Assembly (NCBI GenBank): GCA_017654855.1
Contig: CM030335.1
Location: 2,666,001-2,730,000, forward strand
Reading direction: 5' to 3'
Length of the DNA: 64,000 nucleotides
Source of the DNA: Podospora anserina
Lineage: Eukaryota
The position numbers and the translations under genes were made by a program. The notes under the pieces were generated by a model. That model worked only from the letters and a program-made list of their open reading frames with translations. It ran no database searches and was not told where the DNA came from. This document shows positions 38,679 through 51,242 of the stretch, piece after piece. Every line of letters starts with the position of its first letter. The first letter of the stretch is position 1.

Positions 38679-39308
38679 TTTTATGCTTTTTTTTTGGGTT
38701 CCACTGTTGACTCCGTGACTGTTGCTATGCGGGGCCTTTGTTCATGGGTTCAGGGGTTGATGTAAACAAAGAACTATCTTTTGCCAATATCACCCGATTT
38801 CGCGGGTTACTTGCAGGGATGTAGGAGAGAGATACTGACGTTGATGTTTTTATAACCCCTGGGTCCCTGGACCTGCAGCAGAACCAGCAAGGTAGTTATT
38901 TGAGAGTTTCTTAAGGTGAACCAAGCAGCACAAAAGCTCCGCTGCAGAAAGCCGAAATGCCAAGCTGGAGAAACTCTGGAGTTTTTTTCTTGCCCCTGGC
39001 AATAAACAAATCTCAAAGCCATCTAAGGCGGGGCACAGAGGGCCTCGCGAGGGTCTTTAATGCACAAGTTCTGCTACATGATGGTTGTCAGCTGGTTATC
39101 TTACTTTCCCAAAATGAAAAGCCCTCGAGCCGTGAAGACAAGCAAAGATCGCAGACAGGCTGCCGATATTGATCAAATCGACTCTTCCAAATATCTATTA
39201 ACCTTATCAGGGAATATAAGCAACCTTAATCGGGAAAAAAAAGCCGGTGCCAGTCACAAGCTTGGAGTCTCACAGTGGATCCCCCGGGGAAAAAAAGGCA
39301 CCAAAAAA

Positions 39309-39427
39309 ACATACAACACCAGGGATTCCCCAGTGGTCACCCACCTGAGTACTAGTCTGGCGATCAGCAGCTTATCTAGGGGAGAGCGGACGGGATCCCG
39401 AGCTTTCTACTGTCTGTGGTCGTATGT
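39309..39427 (-). rRNA. 5S rRNA gene (variant B)
   Basis: 119-nt 5S on the minus strand with a T-run terminator (A-run just left of 39309 on +) and TATA about 27 nt upstream. Confidence 0.95.
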
Positions 39428-39996
39428 GATAGATGGGTGAGGGAAAAGGGTATACATGGTTTGGTGATGGAGAAGTGAGGCGAGATGCTGGGTGCACTTG
39501 GTGAGGTAAGTGGCCGGATAGCGTTGGGTATTGCAGGTATTAATGCGACAGGTATATGTGTGAGTTTTATTTTTTCCCTATGTTACTACTTACCCAGCCA
39601 GCGAGCGAGGTGGTGTTGGGCACTGGGTAAGGTAGAGAGGATGAACTTGGCTTTGTGATCCCAGGCTTTTATGCTGTAGCCCCCCGGCTACGGAAACAGA
39701 TGAACTCAGCAGAAAAGCCGTTTGTTGTCTTGCTCTCAGAATTCCCACTATTTGAAGGGTGGGTCGGTGATGGCGTCGGGGTTTGTTGCCGGTGTTTGAT
39801 CGAGTGGGCCGGCCGTTCAGACGTTCAGGGGCGCAGCAAACAAAAAAGTCGATAGGTAAATAAGGCAGCCATAAATAAACATTACTCAATTTTCAGTACA
39901 AACAATATGATGTAAGCACCGAGATACCATCATTTTGTTCCAAGCTAGCTAATTAGCCTGCCATCCTTGTAGTCGTGGAACATGGGCGTGGCTGTA

Positions 39997-41973
39997 TCAT
40001 CCTTTGCATGCCGTCTGCGCCTCTGAATTGAGTGTGTTTGTCAAAAGAAGCAATATTGTGGCTAGTAGGAGCTCAATAGCGAGAAAGCTGATCCAGCCCC
40101 AGGTGATGTCGACGTAGGACTCATCCTTGAAGGCCTTGCCCGTTATATTGAAGGCACTTCGGGCGGCTTTGAGGTCAGGAGTTGCGTCGCGGAGCCTGTA
40201 TATGGAAGGCATTAGCTTGAGAAAAACCAGTGATGGGAGACATATAGGGAGGTCTTTGGCCTTTACCTGTACGAGATGGCCGAGGCAATGTTGTGGTACA
40301 TGTTGAATATCTGACTATGGCGTCTCGTCGCATTGGTCAATTTTTCCACCGTATATAAACCGTAGTAAAATAGGTTTGGGAATGTAACACCGTTGATGTA
40401 TACTGACGGTTCTAAAGCCTCTTCCCCCCGATCCTTCATGTAAAAGTCATCTCTTCCCACGCCAGCAAGATTAAAGTTCATCTCTGCTGCAATACTCTCC
40501 ATTAAACCGAGGTCTGAGCTGTAAAGCCGTTGCCTCTCTGTCGGGCCTTGAAGGGTTATCGTTGTATTCCATTTTGTTTCATCTCCATGATGACAGAAAA
40601 CCATATATTCGAGGGGTGTAGTGCAGTTCATTTGCACAGAGAAATCCGGATCTTGATTGGGAACAGGCTTAGCCAGTGCATTAACTAATGCTGTGCTTGC
40701 CACACCGTGTTGTACAGCGGTGTTGCATGTTTGAACGCAGAGGTGGAATATGACCTCGAAAGCTCCGTGCTCGATGTCCCGGAAGGTATTTGCAAGCTCC
40801 GGCCCGCCATCTGTCGCCTGGAGAATTTCTAATCGGTGGCTTTCGTCCTCAATAACCGGGGCAGTGTGTATGAGCACGAAACTGGCGATTCTGGTTTGCA
40901 TGAGGCTTTTATCATCTCGGAAAGCGAGGCTGTATTGGCCGTTCAATAACCCCACGGCGGCTGCGAAACGGCTTTGATGTACCGAAGAGGTAGGATTGTC
41001 CGGAATTGATACATTCCAAAGTGTAGCTCCCGCAAACGCTTCAGTCCCTATTCCCAAACCGATCGTCCTGTTGACTATCACCATCGGAGTTTGGTCAGGT
41101 CCTGGTGCCTGAAATTCATGGATGATGAGATGTGGAGTGACATCTGCCATTTTAATACAGACAACAAGAGAAGAGTAAAGATCAAAGGTGCAATTTCCTG
41201 TCGGGCAAAGTCCTCCGTACGGTATTGGCATCTCTTTGAAGCTTCCACCACCGCATTGCTTGTTGTGTGGCCCGGGTCATCCGTCAGGTGGTTCAGACTT
41301 TGTAACGCTGAGACCAAAGCCTCTTCTGTACCTACAACCGTTCGTAAGGGATAGCTAATGGCAAGTTGTGTAATGGGGGAGGTAATGACGCTGACTATAC
41401 TGAGAAGAGCGCCTAGAGTGATGAAATGCTTGTGGCGCATTCGAAAGGCAAGTTGAGCGGACCCCAGGGGTCCCTTACTTGCTTGGTCAATGAGGTGAAA
41501 GTCGTAAAGTGGTCGACTGTGTGAGAACCAGCTCCATGAGGTTTGGCTGATAGCTACCGAGTCCGGGAACATAAAGGCTGCTTTCGCGACAATAGTCAGG
41601 AATGCGAGGAACGTATTGAGTGAGACTTTAAGGGGCCAGTTTGGAAGCTGTTGTTGGTCGAAAGTGGCAAGGACAATCACGATTGCTAAGAGAATTAAGT
41701 AAGATGTTAGCATTTGCCTCGGTACACATAAATATGGAACTTCAACATACCAATGAATGACGCAAAGCCGACAATCATACACACGATCTCAACGGCCCAG
41801 ACTTTCCAAAGGGTCCTATTTGTATGTTGACCAGTCGGTGGCGGTTCGTCAAGGGAAATATCGATTTCAATGCTGCTTGACCTGGGGCTCAGCGTCTCGC
41901 TACTTTCAGGGACCCGGGACAGAAGTCTGATCGCCGGAGTCGTCTTCACCCAACAGTTCGGTTGGGTGAGCAT
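39997..41973 (-). pseudogene. DUF3176-like membrane protein, probably frameshifted
   Basis: W..EI..TM, VSLNTFLAFL, ISQTSWSWF, RPLYDFHLIDQASKGPLGS, CPTGNCTF..YSSLVVC, and a final TM (ITWGWISFLA). The frame changes near 41231-41260 and the C-terminus is short. Introns 41686-41750 and 40196-40266. Confidence 0.6.
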
Positions 41974-43479
41974 CTTGCGCCAAGTTAGGACTCAAACTCG
42001 GATCGGCCTCTCGGGTCGAGAGCTCACTCAAGGCTGAAGAAGACTGCCGGGACATGAAGGAGTTCTGAGGCTATCTGGTAATTGTGAAAGGTCATCGGCG
42101 AGAATTCTCGGTCTGTCGGTGGAGCTGCGGTCAGGTGTATTGTCAGGGAAGGTTCCAGGGGTGCCTGTAATCGCATGAACCGCAACCTCTGCCCTCTGTT
42201 GATGTGCCATGACAGCCGGATCGCTGTCCAAGGGCCGATGAACAATAAAAGTCTTCAAAGCTCAAGGTAGTGATGGTTAAAGAATAGCGGGATCAAGGCG
42301 GCTTATGCTTAGGACCTTGTCTCAAGGAACATCTATATATCTGAACGCATACTCTGATCGATGCCATGTATGCTCACCTGGCTGCGTTAAAACACATGTT
42401 TGATCAGTTTTCGTTGATAACCTCATGGTCCCCTAACCCCCAGCTTCGTCCTCCCTCCCGCATGTTTGATACCTGATATATTACCTACCTACCTAGGTAT
42501 TCAAGCCCGTCAATAAAAATGAAGAAAAAAAGGGCTCAGGTACTGCGCCCCTGGCAGTGTCGTTCTGAAGCCAACCACTGCCTTTGAAGCCATCATAGAG
42601 GGCTCAGGAATATGCGGCCAGCCGACAGTGAAGACAACAGGCGAATCGCAGGGCTAGTGTTTGGCCTCGGACAAGGCTGCCCATCCCGCTGATCACCGCC
42701 TTCACCGAACTTTTATATGAACAAACTGCAACGATGAAACCATCTTATCGATTCTACCCCCCGTGGCACATCACCCAGGGCATTCTTCTCATGCAATATC
42801 CGTTGTATCACAGCACGAGGGGTCCAAGGCATGAACTAAATGCATCAGTGAGAGATTTTGGTGTACCAGTGTATATTCCATGCAAGATACCACTCTTGCA
42901 CATCAAAGAAAATCAGGATATCACACGCAAGCAATTCTTAGTTTTCCATCAGTTCAAGACAAAATCAGAGCAAATCAATATTACCCCTCTCTCTCTTTCT
43001 TCTCTTCGAAATCCCCCCTTTAACACCCTACTCCTTGGCTAATCGTCTCTAACAGACATGAAAAAAAGCCACTATACAAATCATAACCGATTCTTTTCCC
43101 TCCACCCACGGTAAACTATAACAAAAACCAAAAGAAAATAACTTCCCCACTTATACGCCATCCCCATTAAACACCCCATCCATTCATTCATTCCTCCTCT
43201 TCCCATGCTATCATCGCTTCACTTCCACTCATTCCATCATCCCAACCCCCTTCCAACGTACACTATATAAACCTATAAAAGGAAAAGGAAAAAAGCAAGG
43301 AGTAGAGGTATCATGCGCCAAACGCAATCGCATCGAGATAAAGAAGAATATACGGCAACTGAGAGCCTCTGGTCAGACATGATATAGCATAGCAAAAACA
43401 GACCATGAAAAAAACAACCCATCGCTCAAAACCTTTGTCACAAAAACTAAAAACTCCAAAACAATCACTAGCAAAAAAT

Positions 43480-46400
43480 TCAGCATCCACCACCCGCCGT
43501 ATCCTCAGTGCACTCTTCTTCCATGCTTGCGTACCCAGGGTCAGCCTCCATACCCACCACGCTCTTCGTAATAGCCAAGCACCTATCAATCATCTTTTGT
43601 CTCATCGGCCCATCAAAGCCCACCTCGTTGCCCGCCTCGCTGCCAATCCATATTCTCAAACTGCCAGCAAGCCTCTCAAGAGAACGCGAGCAAGTTTCCC
43701 GGCCGACGGCGTGTCTGTGGAGGCGCTCCATCAGGTGGTAAGCAGCGGTGTAACCCAATAGAGACATGCCCTCAATGTCGGCACCAGCGGGAAGGATGGA
43801 GTCGATGACGGTAAAAGCGGCTGGAGGAGGATCGGAGAACCTTTGCAGCTGAGCAATACCCATGGCGCAGCGAAGAGCCATCTGGGCGTCGGGGTCAGGA
43901 GTGATAGGGGTGACAGGAGAGTCGATAAGAGGCGGCACACCCCTGCTGTAGTTGGGGTGCTTGTCAGGGTTCAGAGACGGGCCGAGGGCATTCATAGCAG
44001 TGACGATGGCAGCACCACGCTTCTGCTCACCGAGGACCGCACGAGCGACCAAGACGCGAACGTGAGCGTTGGAACCAATGGGGGCAACCTTGGTCGCCAG
44101 GTTAAGCTTGTCTTCAGTCTCGAGAGCCAGTCTTCCGGACTCATCACGGGTCTTGGGCAGATTGTTGCACAGAACATGGTGAAGCTGCAGGCTGGAGTAC
44201 CAGGCCGCAACGGCATCCATGGGCGACCTAACGGCAGCATCCTCAACCACGGCGTCCATACCATCAATGATTTCATCAACGTTGTGTGTGGTGGGCTGGT
44301 TCCAGGCCAGGTTGTGGGCTCTCTGAATAATATCGTCATTGAGCACCTCATCACAGTCCTGTTCGAGAAGCACTGCCAGATGCTCAGGGAGCATTTCGTC
44401 AGCAGACTTGTTGTTCTCGCCGAGTGAGTTGAGAATGCGGTTGAGTTCGCGTGCGTCGTTCCAACGCGCCCTGGCAAGTTTGGCAGCCACCAAGTTGGTG
44501 ATCCAAGAAGCCCCATCGAGTCTCCAAAGCAATACCCGGATGTGCAGCGCCTTCATCATGAGACGAAGCGGAGTATCCGGCAAAGTGCCCGAAGCGATCA
44601 AGGTGAGCGTGAGACGGCTCTTATTAATCTCGACGTCACCACCGGCGAGCTGGGCATCCAACGCAATTGACCATGCTTTGACCCGCGCAGCTTCTTGCTC
44701 TTCGCTGAGGCCGACAAGCATGAGATAACCACGAGGTCCGATCACATTCCTGAGGGCGTACTTGGACGACTTTAGGACCAGCGCGGCGGCTTCCAGGACA
44801 AAGTTGTGCTGGGGTACCCAGACGGTCTGGATAGCGGTGAGCCAGGCTTGCCTCCTGACGTGAATAGGCGATGCAAGAGATGGCACCGCTTGAGGAGCCG
44901 AGGTAGCATGCTTGGGCTTCTCGGATGGCTTGAAGATATCAATATTGAATAAGGACGCGCAGGTAGCCCAGAGGAAAGCCGCCAGCAATCCGAAAAATCT
45001 GAGCTGGGATAGAATCTGGCTTGCAGAGACGTAGTAGCCCCCAATGCTGAAGTGAGTTGATCGGATGAAGGATGCCAAGAGATGCACTGGAACGCCCATC
45101 AAGCCACGACCCTCGGTGGTCTCGGGGTTTTGTTCCTTTTCGACGTAGGCTTCGACCAACATCAAGCCAGCCAGTGATCCCACCATCAGCTTTCCAAGAT
45201 ATGGGTTCCATCTGCTGGATTGAGTTTGCTGTTGCTGCTGCTGAAGCTGTTGCTGGCGGATCATGGCAGGGTTTTGCTGGAACTGTTGACCTGGCACTGG
45301 ATAAGGGCGTCCTGCATTCATCTGCTGTGAAGCCAAGATGCGTTTGATGTCGTCGGGGATCGGAATCATACCCGCTGGGTCTGGTCCTCTTGTGGTTGCT
45401 ACTGGCGTATTCATGTAGGGCATAGCATCTTGAGGATACTGTACCGGTGTGGGCGGTTGTTGGAGAGGATTGGGTAATTGACCAGTCATGGCGCCAGCCA
45501 TGAACAACTTTTCGAAAGCAGCGATCCTCGCCTGCATACTACTGTTCTCGTCAATGAGGCGATTGTTCCGCTTTTCCAAGTGTCTGATATACTCGGTAGC
45601 CTTGGCAAGGACCTAGATTGATAGTCAGTATAAAGTCTAGATTTGTTCTGGACGACGACATAGGTCGGACATACAGTGGCCTTGTTGAGCTTATGGGCAG
45701 GAGTCAAGCCGTGTAGCTCCTCCCTATCTTCAGTGGTGTCTTCACCACGAGCACTTTTCGACATGATCCTCAGTGATGGGACACTATCTCGCAGAGCTGC
45801 TATCTTGTCATTGAGATTGGTCCGGTACCGCTTTTCGATCATGTTGTGTGCCGTCTTCTTGACGGGGTGCTGTCCGTCGAGTTCATCATCATCGTCATCG
45901 TCGTCGACCTCGGCCGACGACTTCCTCTTTCTACTGTTGGACTTGGAGTTGCCTTGGGCATCTGGGGACGAGCCAGCACCCTTATCGGCGCTGACGCTCG
46001 AGTCGGGGCTCCCGGCACTATTGGGGGAGTGATACTGAAGGTGAGGCGGCATGGCGATGCTCTTGAGCCGCTCCTGCTGAGCAGGGGTCAGTGTATTCTG
46101 GATGTTGCGATTGTCAGGTCGAAATTGGTCGTTCGAGAAGGAGTGGGCCTGAGCCTGTGATAGCGAGATGTTGGCCGGATCGGCGGCGGCGGTAGTGTGA
46201 TCAAAGGCCGGATCGATGCTGGAGGCAGCAGGAGACTGGAGATACAAGGGCTGATGCTGTGGCTGCTGCTGCTGATGCTGATGCAGCACTGGTTGGCCCA
46301 GGTTGACGTGGACCGGGAGATCCCAGGTATGGGGTACAGGAGGAACAGTAAACTGATTGTCACCGGCGTTGAGGTCGTAGGGGGGTGTATCCTGGAAGTT

Positions 46401-46718
46401 CCAGGAGGGCACTGGGTTGAAAAATTGCTGCTGTTCGGGTTGGGTGGTTTGGAGGTGGTGTGGGTGGGCGTGTGGATGGGCGTGGGTGTTGGTAATGGAA
46501 GGCGAGACTGATACAGGAGTCCCACTGGGGCCGGACCCAGGCGTGGCAGCAAGCGTGTCACCTGGTTGGGAGGAGGCAACGGTTGCGGCGGTGGTGTTGT
46601 TGTTGGGATCCGGAGTGCCGAGGCCACTATTCACCAAGTTGCCAGTAAGGCTGCCATCGAGGTCGAAGGTGTCCAGGTCGGCAAAGAGCACGGGCGAGTC
46701 GGCGTCGGGGTCGGTCAT
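43480..46718 (-). CDS. Membrane-bound SREBP transcription factor (Sre1/SrbA/SAH-2-like)
   Basis: [52 protein letters not shown], hydrophobic segments ([13 protein letters not shown]) and a long C-terminal domain ([26 protein letters not shown]). Intron 45613-45674. An in-frame upstream ATG exists at 47021. Confidence 0.9.
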
Positions 46719-48317
46719 TGTTCCTTTTTTGTGAGGGTCAGAGCCCTGAACTCCCTGGGCTTGCGAGACCTCTCTCTCTCTCTCTCTGGCCGGCAGTGTG
46801 CGTGTGCCGCAGGTCAGTGACAGCGAGTCTGGGTCGTGGGCCGACTGGCGAGACTGGGCGGCCGGGGCAGATGCCGACAACCAATTGCGCGCGGAGGTGT
46901 CGCGCGGCGTAGAGTGAGTAATTCGGTATCGGGGGAGTGCTGACCGCGTTCCTGGCCTGCTGATGGCTGCGGAGGCTGTTCTCGATTGTCGATGGGAAGG
47001 GAATGTGGGTTTAAAAAACATACGATGCGATTGAGAGAATCGAATGATTCCCGCCCGGAACTCAGCGGCCCCCTTTCAGCACAGAAGCACGGGCCACGTT
47101 ACTAACAACCCCACCTCGCTAGCCTCAGAAAGCTGAATTTGCCATCTTCAACCACTTCTTCGTCGGGCACAGTAGTTTGAAGATATCTGTACGGACCCGT
47201 CTAGAAGAAAAGTTTATTTCGACGAGCATGCAGAGGAAGGCGTCGCTTCTTTCGGGCGGCCAAAAAAAGAGCCACAGTCGACTCAACCGACATCACGAAC
47301 ACGAGACAAAGACGCAGCCCGATTGCCATCTCTCATCTGCCTCTCTCGCTATCTGAATCAGTGCGACCACCAGCTGTGGGACTGACGAGAGGCACACAGA
47401 CTTAACTCTTAGTAATTTATCCCACTCAATCGACTTGGCCTGAGTGGATAGAAAAGAGTCGGAAATCCTGTTTTTCTTCCAAGTTTTGTTTGGATCAAGT
47501 GGAGAGGGCCTTATAGCAATAGCTCTCCGTTTTCTTGGTTCCAAGCTTCCAACCCAAGGTTTCGTCGGATGCAGATGCAGGCGGATGCGGGGTCTGGCGA
47601 ATGGTGACCGTAGGCTCAGGACCATTGCGAACACATCGGCCCAAGGTCGGGTTTGCCGCCAGAATTCCGTTGCGTCTGATCGATGGCACTTTGAGCCTTT
47701 TTGATATGGAATCCCTACCTCCTTCCAGCTTGCCTTTGAACGACGGGATTTCTGATGACGAGAAGGACCCCTGTTATCCACTGGAGAAGCACGTGAACGA
47801 GCGAGGGGCCTGCCAGCGAAGCATCTGAAGCAGCCCAGCACAACCCTTTCAGTATCACCGCATTCTGAAACATCACCACACAATGCCCGCAGGCATCACT
47901 CACCAAGGAGCCGATAGGTTTCATCATATCTGTCATACATATTTCCCAGATACTCGCATGAAGCTATATGGTGTTCCCAATACAAGAAATTGGCGTCCAA
48001 CGTTTCTAGACGGGCCCAAGCCAACGAACTGAATTCATTCTCGCTCGCTCGTCATGGATATCAATACTGACCACTTCCTACACAAAAACCAACGGTAAAA
48101 GAAAGAGAAAATGAGTTTTCCAGGCTAACTAACCCGTCCTCCCATTATAGCCAACCGCCCCATCCACTCCATCAATGCAACAAAAGAAAACAGCCAGGTA
48201 CACACACCAATCAAAGCTAAAAAAAAAATATAAAAAAAGACAAAACACGGGATATCTACGAAGAAGATTGAACAACACCCAACACATCACGCAACATCAC
48301 ACCGTCACCTCAACTAT

Positions 48318-50075
48318 TTACCAAACATCATCCGTATCCCGAACCATCTCCAGCGTCGGTGTCTTCGGCTCCAACTTCCTCATCATCTTCCTCTCCTTCT
48401 TACTCAACAAACTCGGCGTAACCGGAATCACCGGGCTAAACGGCTGATAAGGCGTATAAGGCACCGGCGCCCCCGTCCATGGCGTCCTCTGCCCCGTCGG
48501 CAACCCATTATCCCTGTCCGGCCTCGTGAAAACAGTCTGCTTCGTCGTGCCAAACGACGCAGCAGAAGGACTAGTCACTGCTGGCTCGTAGGCTCTAAAA
48601 GGCAGGGCACCACCCGCGCGAACGGCAGAAGGCGGGTTGGGTCGGTTAAAGGATGTTTGTCCTGGACGGGGAGAGGCAGGGAGGGAGTCCATTGAGGGGA
48701 AGCGGTTGACGCCTGGTTTGGGGGAGGTGGGGAGGCCAACCAGGCCCGAGGTGGAGGAGGTGGCCGAGGGGGGTTCTTCGTTGGAGTTGTCGCGTTGATG
48801 ATGACGGGGGGCGGCGACGGCGGCGTCGATGCGAGAGTCGATTGATTGGGTGGAGACGGGGGAGATGTCTGGGGTGGGGAGATGTTGGCTAGAAGAGCCG
48901 GCGTGGTTGTTGCGGCGGAAGGGGAGGTCGGAGGAGCTTCCTTGTGGCAATGGGGGAGGGGCTAGGGGAGCGTAGTGACGGGGTGGGATGGTGTTCAGTT
49001 CTTGCTCCTCTTGGCGAGGGAAGGTGCCTGACATTGGGGTCAAGATGGGGGAGGAGATAACCATTCCTGAGCCTTGGACTTTGTTCTTCCTTGGAGACTT
49101 GAGAAAGTTGAGAAGTGATGAGCTTCGGGATTCCTTCTTGGTGTCCTGGGCGAGGTTGAGGTTGGAAGGTTTGTTCCTCTCTCTTTTGGTGCTTCCGGGG
49201 GTGGGCGGCATGGTGTTGACGGACTTGGTGGATGGCGAGGTGAGCATTGGAGGAGGCTCATATGCCCTACCCTCCGCTTTGGCTCTTTCCTGCTCCATCA
49301 CATGCCTGTACATCTCTTCTAGCTGATTTTGCGCCATGGCTCTGTCCCGACCGACGACTGTCTGGTCAACCGAGAGGTCGATGCCGCAAGCAAGGATCGT
49401 CGAAGTCGGCGAGTGTGCTGTTGCGATGGAGAATTGTGACTTGGCTGGGCTGAGTGGGCCGCCGAGTCTGTCTCTTGCTGTCAAGGGCGAAGCCGAAGGA
49501 AGAGAATAGTTTCTTGTGTGCGCCGGGAGGTCTGTCTGGAGAGAGAGCTTCTGCCCTAGGTTGTGACCAAGGTACTGCTGTTGCTGCTCTGGCTGGAATT
49601 GTTCTTGCTGGAACTGCTGAGGATGTTGTTGCCCGGCCTGGTATTGTCCGGCCTGAAGTTGGTATTGCTCGAGTTGTTTCTTGTATTCCTCTTCGGACAG
49701 GAATTGTTGTGTGAACGGGTTGAAAGCCAGTAGTCCCCTCTCCTCCTCGGGTAATTCACCGTTCCTGATATGTGTTCGTCTGGTCTTGAGGAGAGCCAGC
49801 AACAGGATAGCTACAATCACCAACGCAAAACCATACGCTCCCACAATGGCACCTATATGGATTGGGAGGTAGGCCGGGTCCCGGACGGCGTTGGCGGATA
49901 GCGGAGGTCCGTCTTCGGGGGAAGGAGTGGGAGAGGAATAGTCGAGCCACAGGTCACCTCGACGAAGCAATTGTTGAATAGAAGGCAAGGCAGCGCAAAA
50001 AGAAGGCCAAGATGTCGTCGCAAAGAGAAGAGCGAAGGCAGCTTTGTTATATGAAGACACACCAGCTGACAGCAT
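48318..50075 (-). CDS. Hypothetical single-pass membrane protein with a long Pro/Ser/Gln-rich tail
   Basis: 585-aa intronless ORF with a signal-like N-terminus and TM IGAIVGAYGFALVIVAILLLALL followed by KTRR. Confidence 0.8.
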   Translation of the reverse strand: MLSAGVSSYNKAAFALLFATTSWPSFCAALPSIQQLLRRGDLWLDYSSPTPSPEDGPPLSANAVRDPAYLPIHIGAIVGAYGFALVIVAILLLALLKTRRTHIRNGELPEEERGLLAFNPFTQQFLSEEEYKKQLEQYQLQAGQYQAGQQHPQQFQQEQFQPEQQQQYLGHNLGQKLSLQTDLPAHTRNYSLPSASPLTARDRLGGPLSPAKSQFSIATAHSPTSTILACGIDLSVDQTVVGRDRAMAQNQLEEMYRHVMEQERAKAEGRAYEPPPMLTSPSTKSVNTMPPTPGSTKRERNKPSNLNLAQDTKKESRSSSLLNFLKSPRKNKVQGSGMVISSPILTPMSGTFPRQEEQELNTIPPRHYAPLAPPPLPQGSSSDLPFRRNNHAGSSSQHLPTPDISPVSTQSIDSRIDAAVAAPRHHQRDNSNEEPPSATSSTSGLVGLPTSPKPGVNRFPSMDSLPASPRPGQTSFNRPNPPSAVRAGGALPFRAYEPAVTSPSAASFGTTKQTVFTRPDRDNGLPTGQRTPWTGAPVPYTPYQPFSPVIPVTPSLLSKKERKMMRKLEPKTPTLEMVRDTDDVW

Positions 50076-51242
50076 GATGATGGGGGTGGGAGAGGGTCGG
50101 GGGAGGGTCGGGGGAGGTCCAATCCGAGGCCACGGGTGGCGATAGACAGTTGGTGGTGTCGTCCAAAGGGTCTGTCTTACTTACGGCTGCCTCGTAGTAT
50201 CCGCCATGCCGAAACACTTTGTGATTGAGATGGACAAAGAGGAGGTGCAAATGGCAGCAATCACGGTATATAGCAGCGCCTGTTGCGACGAGAGTCAACG
50301 GAACCGACATGGGGAGGCGGGGGGGCAGCCCATGCCGACTCTGGACCTGCATTGGATCCATCTCACGGTGAGGCCCTCGATTGGTTGCTGTATTCAACTC
50401 CCGTTGATGTCTTGCCCAACCACTTGCATGAGCGAGCCGACGCTCGCGCTAAGTCTGGCCTGCTGATTGGCTGTCAAGGGATCCACCCCGCATCTCCCAT
50501 CACCCTCCCACTGCCATTGGGCTGTGATGAGAGACCTCACAGGCCATGAGAGCGCTGGTGTGTGCTAGAATAAGAGGTTTTTTTTTGGTGATTCTCATGC
50601 GAGAGCGAGTTCACCTCAACTGGTGCTGCAGTAGCGTTTCCCAAAATGCAGGATGGGCCACCACTTGCAGCGTCAACTTTCACATTTCCCCCTTGATAGC
50701 CAAGTTGCGCCTGTGCTAGCTCGCTGTGATATTAACCTCTGATATCGGTGATCAGCCTCTGATCACTGAAAAGCAGTGGATTCGGTCCGTTCTCTGAATA
50801 AACATCACATCCCGTCACGCACAGGGCATAAAGTGACAGAACAGGTGTCACTGAGTGTGCCGCCCGCCGGTGGGCACCTCTCGGCGCATGAACGGATCGA
50901 CCACGCTTCCGACAGATTGATTGCTTGCCACGAGTATGTCAGTGTTAGCAGCTGCCAAATGCTTTCCGAGGAGAGGTTTCACTCCTGCTCTGTTAACCCT
51001 AACCCTTTGTGCCATCACCCATAGGTAAGCAAGAGATTGGTGGACTGCCTTCACGTGCTTCCGCGACTGCCCCACCTCGACACACGCTCTCTGTTTTGTA
51101 TCAACGCGTCTTCTGTATCTCGAAGCCTAATAATTGCACCAACTTTCTTTCCTCAAATGGCCAAACTGTAAAATCTCATCAATTGCACCAATTGGAGGAC
51201 ATTTCATCGCCTTCCTTGTCATCCAAAAATTCACTGCAGCAC

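Noticed and set aside
38560-39427. 5S genes as boundaries of a Starship or other 5S-targeting element
   Set aside because: Both 5S copies are uninterrupted, and no tyrosine recombinase or other mobility gene is visible in the window.
47196-48014. 11-bp inverted match CCCGTCTAGAA / TTCTAGACGGG as MITE ends
   Set aside because: Too short, no target-site duplication and ordinary interior composition.
51009-51242. GTG-initiated N-terminal extension of Srs2 in the ORF track
   Set aside because: Non-ATG start in a eukaryote; the helicase-like sequence begins just after ATG 51243 and the extension overlaps an MCB-like site.
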